A stretch of 32,594 nt of DNA from a virus (taxonomy: Duplodnaviria; Caudoviricetes), in the IMG/VR virus record IMGVR_UViG_3300030450_002564, positions 1 through 32,594 of that record, one strand, 5' to 3'. The position numbers were made by a program, and so were the translations under genes. Numbering within the stretch: the stretch's first letter is position 1; the number at the start of each line of letters is the position of its first letter. The notes under the pieces were generated by a model, which was given only the letters and a program-made list of their open reading frames with translations, searched no databases and was not told the DNA's origin. This document shows positions 16,701 to 26,100 of this stretch, piece by piece.

Positions 16701-19700
16701 AGTTTCTACAGGACAATTAGACTTTCAAGCAGGTAATGGTATAGCTGTAGGAATAAATAAAAATCTTGAAAAAAGTTTTGAATTTTCAACAGAAAAAGAA
16801 TTACAAGAAATATTACAAGGATATATGCAGGAACCAGATGTATTAAAAGCATTACAAAAAGAAAGTCACGGATTAATAACAGATGTAACAGGTAACAAAA
16901 TAAATTTAAATGTTGGAATATCTAAAAAAGAATTAGTAAGAGGAACAAAAGAAGAATTAATAGATGCTTTAGCTTTGGCTATTAAAGGACAGCAAGAGTA
17001 TGTATATTTAACTCGTTCAATAATAGATACAATAGATTTAGATAATGGATTATGGGATGTAATTGAAAGTTCAGGAGACGTGTATAAATTAAAAGTTCAT
17101 AAGTTACTTGATGATGAAGATTCTATAACTTTTAATACTCAAGTAGCAAGAGAAGTAATGGAATATATGTTTGAAGAAAATTTTAAGACAGCAAAATTAA
17201 TAACTTCTAAAAAAGGTGGATTTGCACAAGCTGCACCAGATGGTTCATTTTTTAATGTTGACCCTTATTATTTAGAATCACAGGCAGAAAATACTTTAAT
17301 GCAAACATTTAGAACAGGTAAAAGAAGTTCAGATGAAGAGATATACCACATGGCAGACAAATTAAGAAACGGAGAAATTACAGAAGAATTTTGGACAGGT
17401 TTTATAGGTGAAATGATGAATTATTCAAAAGACCCTGCATTTATTATAGTTGCAAGAGATGGTGTAGAAGAAGCTGTTAAATACTTTACAGAAACTAGAC
17501 ATGGTAAAAAATATATACAAGATTTTATAAATTGGAGTGATGACCCAGGAACTCGTGAAATGTTGTTAGATGAAGACAACTTAAGACTTTGGTTAGGTAA
17601 TATTGAATGGGAAATAGGAAGATTGCAAGGTAATCCAACAAGAAAAGCAGTTAGTCAATTTACTGGTAATGAAATAAGATTAGAAAGTCAATTAAGAGAA
17701 TTGATGACTAATGCTGAAGGTATTACTAAATATCCAGTATTTAGTGCAGACTTAACACAAGGTTCCCAATCTGTTAGAGAGTTTATAGCAAATGGTGGAG
17801 TAATTGATGGGGAAGATTTTAATGAATTAATTCAAAAATTTAGTATCAATAGAAGAGGTAAACCTGAACAAGCTCAAGCATTTAGAAATAAATTTAAAAA
17901 GTCTTTTAAGGAAGATTTATACGACTTTGATATGGGACCAAAAAGAATAGCTTATAATACAAATACTAATATAACTCCTGATGGAAGATTAAAAGATGGA
18001 GCATATTCAAAATATGATGAGTTTTTATCTTTAGGATATAGTGTATTATTACAAAAACCTTCAGATTGGTTAAATAGAGACCCATTTTTTAGATGGTCAT
18101 TTTATACATTATCACAAGATATTATTCCTTTTATGACAAAAGAAGTTAGAGATGAATTTTTAGTAGGTGCTAAACCTTGGATAGAAGGTAGTAGTTTGTG
18201 GGATGATGTAGTTAAAGCAGCAAACGTTGGTGAAGGTGAAAATTCTATAACAAGTCTTGAACAAGCTATGGAGATATTGAAATACCAAGCTATGGACGAA
18301 GTCAAGAACTTACTTTATTCAAGTAGTGATAGACATGTACTTTCTGACATTATGGCTACTTATGTTCCATTTCCTGAAATATGGCAAGAGGTAGCAAAAA
18401 CATGGGGTAAATTAGTATTAGAAAATCCTGCTAAATTTAACAGAACACGTATAGCTATGGATGCAGGAAAAGAAGCTAAGCCTTGGGATACTCATAATGC
18501 TTTTTTTGAAACAGACCCTGTTACAGGAGAATTAATGTTTAATTATATAGATGTTATGAATGTTATGACGTTTGGTATGACAGCAATACCTGGTGCTTTA
18601 GGATTTAGACCTTTTCAAAGTGGAATGTTAGGAGAAGATTTAACAGAAGAAGGTGTAAGAGTAAAGCCACATGGTTTCTTAGAGGGATTAAACTTAGTAT
18701 CTGCTAATGGATTTTCACCAGGATTTGGACCTGTTGTTACTATGCCACAAAAATTCTTTACAAGATATAGAACATTCCCTAAATGGTTGAATGATTTTGT
18801 TTTAGGAAACTTTAATTCTCCAGGAGGACAAGCAGACCCTAGAGATGAATTGCCTGGATGGATGAAAAAGTTCTTTAAAACAACACCATTTGGTTCATTA
18901 AAATCAGACGAGATGGATGCTTCTTATGCTAAAACTGTAATGGATATATATACTTTATATTATTATGCAGGGAAATGGGACCCTGAAGATGAACAATCTA
19001 TGAAAGATGCTTTAATAGAAGCAGAACAAGCTGCAGCAACACATTGGAGAATAAGAGGTGCAGCTCAATTTGCGTACCCTACAGCAATACAACCAAGATA
19101 TGAATTACAAGATAAAAATGGAACTTGGTGGGCATTAACTGTTTTATCTGCACAATATCAAAAAATGTTAGAAGCAAATGATTTTGATTATTTTGTTACT
19201 ACACAACAATTTGTAAATAGATATGGATTAAATCCAATACCGTTTAGACAAGCAACAGTTAAGAAAGAAGGTAGATTTCCTGTTAAAAAATCAGCTTATG
19301 CTTTCTGGTCTTTAAAAGAAAATAAAGAACTTATGGAGAGAAATCCATCTACAGCTATTTATATACACATGGATACATGGGATGATGAATTTTCTTATGC
19401 TGCGTTTTTAGATGGTGCAGACCAATTAGAACCAGAACAATATCAAAAAGCTATGAATCAAACATTAGCTCAATTTGAATATCAAGAACAAAAAGAAATT
19501 CTTGAACGTGATAAAACTATCAAAAATGAAAGTGCTTTACAAAATGCAATTACTGATAAAAGAATTGAAATAGAAGGAAGATATGGTGTTAAACTATTTG
19601 GAAATATTGGTATATCTGTTACGCAACCAGAATTTACACAATTAGTTCTTGATTTTAGAAAATGGGAAAATGAACCTAAATTAAAAGCATCTCCTGAATA

Positions 19701-20010
19701 TACACCTTTAAAGAAATATTTAGATAAAAGAGATGAAGCAATACGTGTTATGTTAAAAGGAGGAACATTTACAGCAGTAATTAATGGTGTAGAACAATCA
19801 TACGAATCAAGAGGTGTGCCTGGAAAAAGGGATGTTATACTTAACGGTAAGCATGAAGACACTAAGCAGTTGAGAATATTGCTTGATTCTTATGCTAGAG
19901 ATTTAGCTAAAGATTATTCAGATACTAATTTTATCGATATATACCTCGGTAACTTTTGGTCTGAATTAGACAATAGAAGATATTATGACGAGGAAGAGTT
20001 AGAAGAATGA
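13789..20010 (+). CDS. very large (2073 aa) putative internal virion / DNA-ejection protein
   Basis: Uninterrupted ORF in the structural module with no tape-measure-like repeats. Function inferred from size and position. Confidence 0.6.
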   Translation: MDYRLKFYSPSLVREFIAEENTANLNERLQFRRNISPDLAESIASISRTYPNLDKRAVVYSGLMGLQDDDNTLLELSQKQQKAMEKSQRSIRPTSTSFWKRGTQLGFLALDAPFQNISQNFKSTVYAAQQTQTPVGKAVFGTLAGSILPGEAMSDAVRESMFSKEFSDTWKQTKESYGPTEFRRARDAMKAGEPLNLGTGFVPQSVTLEDTDEYNRQIKLGESPTTAYKSAENKYGTPITEEFKKDEYRYNYVTPQGEHVPISPGRVVAGQFSKEGDLKYAVTSTIIDGAFRLGADPINLLLGYGSGVKTAGQKIVSKAAVDDFLIKNPKTIGRALKSMSLGKKGKDARKFMFGKTAEDVLKSKWGDDFLDALVENDSIARLRDIPSFRKVDTRVLELLASVKNKNAMREIVESMLTKGDLSKLASAPYTSQFVGKELLEALPVSKVNKLPMRKSVTGELAGGLAKKFKSLGPTDIAPIRRGVVPTTLTLGEELIKGIGKIPGSPFKKLAGGLIEKGDDPFRGIVGTGGQLKFALPRGITRLFDLAPSKFASLRYVQETVENIDGLLTTMGENAETRDYFIAKILTTKTADDLIEVVSELNEKIFDFVKRENPDYGRYLDSPEGADDAKKILEAHKRLSSTIQENKKYFYDEDGYPIIFPGTKFKYPSLETTPIAEAAGRETPRFQQIAEPTALVMSQFADNFVALMDYTQLATAGNKYRKLVPKEAKGLNKALYGWNSEKESITKKIVDTGKFPKTAFKDSNYRGSTPELASATLAEYVYSDVFMQKVLKPGWMLRLALAVRVPGEEAVRTAVYGGPSVFTHPLELLSLKFNNPFSKKQTIQLMGSMGEDFFATTIRGDEISKIAEMTGTPAMQDSVKNLTYDEIERVLKFKRLNVNPSGTIGDSYLASYIKDVDTTIDFQLKEIKGGLKKLKKQKVTPEDIEESARFLGYEINRLKDVVQVRAFNNVSRVSTGQLDFQAGNGIAVGINKNLEKSFEFSTEKELQEILQGYMQEPDVLKALQKESHGLITDVTGNKINLNVGISKKELVRGTKEELIDALALAIKGQQEYVYLTRSIIDTIDLDNGLWDVIESSGDVYKLKVHKLLDDEDSITFNTQVAREVMEYMFEENFKTAKLITSKKGGFAQAAPDGSFFNVDPYYLESQAENTLMQTFRTGKRSSDEEIYHMADKLRNGEITEEFWTGFIGEMMNYSKDPAFIIVARDGVEEAVKYFTETRHGKKYIQDFINWSDDPGTREMLLDEDNLRLWLGNIEWEIGRLQGNPTRKAVSQFTGNEIRLESQLRELMTNAEGITKYPVFSADLTQGSQSVREFIANGGVIDGEDFNELIQKFSINRRGKPEQAQAFRNKFKKSFKEDLYDFDMGPKRIAYNTNTNITPDGRLKDGAYSKYDEFLSLGYSVLLQKPSDWLNRDPFFRWSFYTLSQDIIPFMTKEVRDEFLVGAKPWIEGSSLWDDVVKAANVGEGENSITSLEQAMEILKYQAMDEVKNLLYSSSDRHVLSDIMATYVPFPEIWQEVAKTWGKLVLENPAKFNRTRIAMDAGKEAKPWDTHNAFFETDPVTGELMFNYIDVMNVMTFGMTAIPGALGFRPFQSGMLGEDLTEEGVRVKPHGFLEGLNLVSANGFSPGFGPVVTMPQKFFTRYRTFPKWLNDFVLGNFNSPGGQADPRDELPGWMKKFFKTTPFGSLKSDEMDASYAKTVMDIYTLYYYAGKWDPEDEQSMKDALIEAEQAAATHWRIRGAAQFAYPTAIQPRYELQDKNGTWWALTVLSAQYQKMLEANDFDYFVTTQQFVNRYGLNPIPFRQATVKKEGRFPVKKSAYAFWSLKENKELMERNPSTAIYIHMDTWDDEFSYAAFLDGADQLEPEQYQKAMNQTLAQFEYQEQKEILERDKTIKNESALQNAITDKRIEIEGRYGVKLFGNIGISVTQPEFTQLVLDFRKWENEPKLKASPEYTPLKKYLDKRDEAIRVMLKGGTFTAVINGVEQSYESRGVPGKRDVILNGKHEDTKQLRILLDSYARDLAKDYSDTNFIDIYLGNFWSELDNRRYYDEEELEE

Positions 20011-21569
20011 TAACGCAACAATCTATTCAAGATATTATAAATTTACTTATTGGATATGATAAATCAGGACAATATAAGCAAAGTTGGAAAGAATTATTTT
20101 CAGATTTAAACAAGACAATAATGATTCCTGTACAAGAATCTATTGGTGATTCTCAATTAGAAGCAAGAGAAATATCATTAACAGATTTAACTATGTCAGA
20201 ATTTAAAGATGAAGAGGTACAAGAACTAGCAGTTAGTTTACGAAATGCAGAAACTGCTTATGATTATCAAGATTATTTAAAACAATTTTTATTAGCATTA
20301 GAAAATCAAGACAATATAGAAATAACAACAACAGAAACATCAATAGGAGTTACTGAAGAGACATATACTATAACAAAAACTTTTGACTTTACATTAGGTA
20401 GTGCAGAAGGAACAGTACAACAACAATATGAAAAAGTAATTAATGAAGTAAATGATTGGCATAATTCATCTGAATATAAAGTAAATGAAGATGGAGTAGA
20501 AGTTGAGGGATTTGGTCAAGGTAATCCCAAAACACCTGGAGGACAAGAATGGATAGCAGAACAATATACTCCTGAAAGTGAAATGACTTTTGAAGGTGAA
20601 GATATATCTAGGTCTAAATCACACTACACAGGTCCTTATGCACAAATTGATGAAGATACTAATTTTTATGTGCAATATAATCAAGCTGAAGATGAATGGG
20701 ATGCTGTTACGTATGGTAAAGACCATCCTTTAGCAGGTAAAAGAGTAAAGCCACATTTTTATAGAGGTGCAGATTCTGATGTGTTTGAAAATAAAACAGC
20801 TAATGAAATATTTATAATTCAACAACAATTACTTGAATTAGGTTTAGATACTACACAGTTTAATTTTGTTCCTGGAGAAGTAGATTTTCAAGCTAAAAAT
20901 AATGAGATTTCTTTTATTAGAAGTTTAATGACAGCAGCAAATGATTTATCCGCCATGAATCCAAATGGAGTGTATATAAATTATAATGCTCCTACTTTAA
21001 TGGGACAACTTGCACCTTATGTAGAATTTAGAAAAGGCGTAAATGAAGAATTAAACATAGAAGGATATAAAGAACATTTAGAAGAATTTGGTACAGAAGT
21101 ATTACCTCCTACTGAATCAGAAGTAAAAAATGCTATAGATGAATTATTTTTATCAAAAGGATTAACACCTTCAGCTTCAGACTATGAACAATATGGAGGT
21201 ATTATTGCAGGATTAAGGTCACAAGCAGCAGCTAGAGAAATAGAAATTAAAAAGAATGAAGTTACACTTGCTGATTTTGTAGGATTAGGAAGATTACCTA
21301 GTGAAGACTTACAAAGTAGAATACATGGTAAAGAGTTTCAAGACCCTGGTTTTGCTGTAAGTTATACTCCAACTTTTCCAACAGCAGAAGAAGCAAGAGA
21401 ACAATTAGGAAAACCTTTGTTAACTCCATTTGATATAGATGCAGAACTTGAAAAAGTTTTCTTAAGTAAGGAAGCTCCAAGAATATTAGCAGGACAACAA
21501 TTAATGAATAGAAGAGGACAAGCTCAACAATTTAAAAGCAACTTTATGGAATTTGAGGAGTCGTTCTAA
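20007..21569 (+). CDS. acidic putative virion protein
   Basis: 520-aa ORF with ATGA overlap; contains IQQQLLELGL...PGEVD, weakly like a peptidoglycan-binding repeat. Confidence 0.6.
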   Translation: MITQQSIQDIINLLIGYDKSGQYKQSWKELFSDLNKTIMIPVQESIGDSQLEAREISLTDLTMSEFKDEEVQELAVSLRNAETAYDYQDYLKQFLLALENQDNIEITTTETSIGVTEETYTITKTFDFTLGSAEGTVQQQYEKVINEVNDWHNSSEYKVNEDGVEVEGFGQGNPKTPGGQEWIAEQYTPESEMTFEGEDISRSKSHYTGPYAQIDEDTNFYVQYNQAEDEWDAVTYGKDHPLAGKRVKPHFYRGADSDVFENKTANEIFIIQQQLLELGLDTTQFNFVPGEVDFQAKNNEISFIRSLMTAANDLSAMNPNGVYINYNAPTLMGQLAPYVEFRKGVNEELNIEGYKEHLEEFGTEVLPPTESEVKNAIDELFLSKGLTPSASDYEQYGGIIAGLRSQAAAREIEIKKNEVTLADFVGLGRLPSEDLQSRIHGKEFQDPGFAVSYTPTFPTAEEAREQLGKPLLTPFDIDAELEKVFLSKEAPRILAGQQLMNRRGQAQQFKSNFMEFEESF

Positions 21570-22948
21570 TGGCACCTGAAAATTACGAAGAATATACAGC
21601 AGAACAGTTACAAGAGTATTTACAGTATGCAGGTAATTATTTAAAAACACAAGGTATGGAATTTGTTAGTGATGAACTACATTTAGACCCTGAAAATCTT
21701 GAAGACATAAAAAGATTTATTGCTATTGCATTTGCTGAACATGGCGACCCAAAAACTAAAAGCAATCCTAGACAAGTTGCTACAAATACTCCTGGTGACA
21801 CAGGAGATTCAAGAGGTCCATGGCAAATAAGAATCCCAACATGGAGAGACACATTAGAGAAATATGATATATTTGACGGATATGAAAGTTTAGAAGAAGC
21901 ATTAGATAGACCAGAATTAAATGCTATTGCAGCAGTTATTGTTGCACAACAAGGAGCAGTTGAACCACGAGGAGAAATGTATGATGGTATCAATAATTGG
22001 GAGACAGTTATGGATACAGAACTTGATGAAAATGATGAAAAACAAATTGTAACAGACGACCCTTACGGAATTAAAAAAGGTAATACTCCTATTTATGAAG
22101 GAACAGAAAATTTTGAAACACAGATAGAACCTCCACAAGGACAGATGGAAGAGGAAACTAAACAAATAAAAGAATTTGTACAAGAAAATACATTAGAAGA
22201 AGAAGCAAAAAGCATACCTGTTATGAAAAGAGAACTTTTGGCAGCTAAAAGAGGTTCTTTATTTTCTGACCCTAATACCTATGTAGCAATGATAAATAAT
22301 AGATTACAAGAAATAGATGGTTCAGGTATAAATAAACAAACAAGAGAAGCACTAGGAAACACAGATATAGACAGTTTATCTGATGGAGCTATCTTAGATT
22401 TATATACTAAACATGTACATCCTTACGTTGCATTTAGTTCAGTATATAAAAATTTAGAAATGGAAGGTTCAGGAGATAACATTATAGATATATCTCACAA
22501 CACAGGATTTGATACTAATGCAAAGTATTATGATACAAAGATAGGTTCAATCATACCAGGGAAAGAATTAAGAGATAAAGAAAAACAATTAGAAGATAGC
22601 ATATATAGATATTATAAAGGTAGATTAGGAGAAGATTCATTAAATAATCTTCAACAAGTATATACATATTTATTAAGACAAAGACATCCATTTATAAGAA
22701 TGGAAGGAAATGTAGAATTAGCACAACCAACTTCTACTTCTAATAATGAACCACAAGGTCAAAATATACAAAATTCAGAAATGGGAATATATAACAAGTA
22801 TCAATTACCTGAAAAAAAACCATCAGAAACATTTTTAAATAATTGGGAAATGGTAACAAAAGTAGGTTCTAATAATCAAACTGTTGCTTCTCAAAAACCA
22901 CAACAAGATACAGCAAAGGATTTTATAAATATTCAAGGTGAAGAATAA
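21569..22948 (+). CDS. virion-associated lysozyme-like / lytic transglycosylase domain protein
   Basis: AIAFAE-x-G (catalytic Glu helix), GDSRGPWQI and P-x2-NA-x-AA in the N-terminal third match lysozyme-superfamily motifs. Confidence 0.65.
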   Translation: MAPENYEEYTAEQLQEYLQYAGNYLKTQGMEFVSDELHLDPENLEDIKRFIAIAFAEHGDPKTKSNPRQVATNTPGDTGDSRGPWQIRIPTWRDTLEKYDIFDGYESLEEALDRPELNAIAAVIVAQQGAVEPRGEMYDGINNWETVMDTELDENDEKQIVTDDPYGIKKGNTPIYEGTENFETQIEPPQGQMEEETKQIKEFVQENTLEEEAKSIPVMKRELLAAKRGSLFSDPNTYVAMINNRLQEIDGSGINKQTREALGNTDIDSLSDGAILDLYTKHVHPYVAFSSVYKNLEMEGSGDNIIDISHNTGFDTNAKYYDTKIGSIIPGKELRDKEKQLEDSIYRYYKGRLGEDSLNNLQQVYTYLLRQRHPFIRMEGNVELAQPTSTSNNEPQGQNIQNSEMGIYNKYQLPEKKPSETFLNNWEMVTKVGSNNQTVASQKPQQDTAKDFINIQGEE

Positions 22949-23154
22949 TGTCTTCAAAAATTAACTGGAAAAAAGACCCAGAATTAAAAAAGATAATTGA
23001 ACATGAAGGTGCAGATTATTTTGAAGCCGAAGAATATATAGACGGTGATTATATACCAGAAAAAATTGTAAAAGAAGTTATTGAAGAGAAATACGCAGAA
23101 GACGAAACATTTGCTGAATCATTTGAATTTTATTATATAACAAGGAGCATATAA
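22948..23154 (+). CDS. small acidic hypothetical protein
   Basis: 68 aa, TAATG overlap, AAGGTG upstream. Confidence 0.6.
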   Translation: MSSKINWKKDPELKKIIEHEGADYFEAEEYIDGDYIPEKIVKEVIEEKYAEDETFAESFEFYYITRSI

Positions 23155-26100
23155 GTGGATAGAAACCAATTTATAGCAGCAATAATGGATGAAGCTAACC
23201 TTTTATTTAGAAATAATGGTGGTATAGATTTAAATGAGATATGGGATAATGTAAGTAGTTCAGACCAACGTTCTCTAATAGAAGATTTATTAACTCGGTT
23301 GGAAAAGGGCGATACTCTTAACGATATTACTGTAGATATATTAAATGATAATTCACAGTTACAACCATTTGAACCAAATGTCCGTAATATTATATGGGAC
23401 CTTAATGAAAAAAGAGAGGGAATGATTGAAAGAGCAGGGACTTTGGATGGAGAGTCTTTGGCTAACATTATGTTGGAAGAACCTGGTACATTAGATGACC
23501 CTGTACCAAGGTCTGTCTCTCGTAGGGTAGCTGAACAGAGAGCAGCAGAATTAGAATCTCCAGAAGCACGACAGAGAGCAGCAGAGTTAGAAGCAGAATC
23601 ATTAAAAAGAAGAGCAAAAACATACGGAAGTAGCAATGTAATCATAGCTGATTTTAATAAAACATATAAACCGTTACTTGAATCATTATTGGAAATAGAT
23701 TATTTTAAAGAATCTCTTGAAAAATATTTATCACTTGAACAATCAAACTATCCAGGATTAACAATAGATGATTTACTGGATAAAGAATATAGAGGTTTAT
23801 TAGTAGGTGTATTAGAAGACATGGGTATTAATACTCAACTGTATATTAATAATAAAAGAAGAATACATCCAAACCCTGAAGTAACAGGTTCAGCTAAATT
23901 TAAACCTCTTTTTGAAGGTCCTAATAATGAAGGATTTATTAGTTTTGATTTATATAAATATATAAATGTTAGTGATGCTAATCACAATCAACCAATAGAA
24001 GTATATGAAAAATTAAAAGAATTTAGTAAATCTCATAAAATTCCTGTAGTAGCTTCAGTAGATAGAAATGTTTCTTCTATGCACAGCTTAAGATTATTAG
24101 GAGAAAGCAGACAAATTGCAGATGGTGTAAACCCAATATTAGAACGAAGTATTGATGCAATTAACTATATAACTGAAAATACAGAAGATATTAGTCATAT
24201 AAAAGAACACGATACTAGGAGTTTTGTAGATGAGACAGTAAAAGATTTTAACGCAAACCCAGAAAAAAATGGAAGACATGCTATAAAATACGGTTCTGCA
24301 CAACAAACTGTTGTATCTTTTGGTGATATTGATTTAGATACATTAGAAACTGCATTATTAGAAGTAATGGACAATCATTTTAAGAATGTTGAAAGTACTT
24401 ATTCATCATCTCCAGTTATAAGGGACCGAAATTTTATGAAAGTAGGAAATAAATCTCTGCCTGTAGGGGGAATAAGTACTTTAGAAAGATATTTAGAAGA
24501 AATGTTTGCAGGTCACATGCACCATCCAGTAGGTTCACACCACAATATATTTGGAGAAGGTGCAGATTTTCATACTGCTATTTTAAATTCTCTTATGGAA
24601 AAGATTATTGAAAATAATAAAGGTACACAATTTATTACTCTTGGAGGGGATACCAACTTGAATTCAAGTATGAGTTTTAAGGCTAGAAGACTAGCAAGTG
24701 CTATTTTTGAAGAACCAACATCACAAGATGCAGTTGCACGAAGAAGTACCAGAAGCGAAGTAGTAAATTTGTTTGACACATTAAACCATGATGGATTACC
24801 AGATAATGAATATTTTGATGAATTAAGAAAAAGATTAGATATTGCAATGGAAAAAGGAATAAAACTTTCTGAAAATAAAAAAGAAATAAATACTTTTTTT
24901 GAAGAACTTATATCACACTTTGAGGATACACTCACAGCAGAAATTATATATATAAAAGGAGAACCAAGAATTATTGGTATTGTAAATAATAATGTTGGAA
25001 AGATTTCTCAAACATCTGAGTTGGTAGCTAGTTTTACTAACTACGATAGTGGTTACACATACGGATATAAACGTCCTATGTATATGTATGATAAATTAAA
25101 TCATAATTATAAAAGTAATTTAATTAAGTTTAGAAAATTAAAAAAGGCAGGATTAGATTTTATATTTGGTGGAGCAATAAAGAGATTATTAATTCCTTGG
25201 GCAGATAAATTGAGATACACTATGAAAAATGGTCCATCTTGGACAAGTGTAGCTTTAGCTTATACTAGGTTTGGATTTCAAAATCAAGATAAAAGCCACT
25301 TATATGAGTTAGGAAATAGACCTGATTATGATTACTTTCAAGTAAGAATACCGTTACCAGAAGAATATACAAATTCTAGGAGTAGGTATCTTAAACCTGT
25401 AAAAGAAATAGAAGAGAGAATTTCTGGTAAACCTAAACCCTTGAGCGACCAATGGAAATTTACATGGGAACCAGGAAGTATGAGAGTTACAGATAGAGAA
25501 ATGATGATTCTTATTGCCGCAATGGAAGGATTTTATGATAAAGATGCAATAGAAAAAACTCTTAATGTAATAAAAGGTGATACTGAAAATCCTATTACAG
25601 ATAGTACGTATGGCTCAGATATAGATTTAAATAGGCAGGTAATGAACAATATAGTTGGACTTTTTGCAGAGACAGAAGATGATATTGATACATTAAGAGA
25701 CGTAATGGATAGTACCACTAACGTTAGTACTGTTGCTATGGAAAGAGCTTTACAAAGTAGAATAGAAATGTTGGAATACAGAGGTGCTAAATTGTATTCA
25801 AAAAATGCAAATGATTTAGTTTCTTTTCTTCTTCGTAATCACCTATTAAAAATTCAAGATTTAGCAATAGCAATTTCACAATCAGGCTTAGTTCACGATA
25901 AGCATACAGTGTTATTAGAAGATGCAGATATTAATTTAACTTTTCTTGAAAATTTAAAAAAAGGTCTTGGAGATAAACATCCATCAGCTATATCAACAAT
26001 TAAAAATATTGAAAAAGATTGGTTTGTAAGACCAGGAGAGACAGTAGATGATATGCTTTTAAACATTACAGATTACATTGTTGAAAATAAAGATAACATA

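Noticed and set aside
13789-20010. Virion RNA polymerase or tape measure call for the 2073-aa protein
   Set aside because: I could not find a DxDGD or T7-like polymerase motif, nor tape-measure periodic repeats.
23152-23157. Stop-codon readthrough or recoding joining the in-frame 68-aa and 1919-aa ORFs (likewise terL-portal at 11445-11450)
   Set aside because: Both downstream starts have their own SD (AAGGAG, GGAG), and TAA, TAG and TGA all act as normal stops in this genome.
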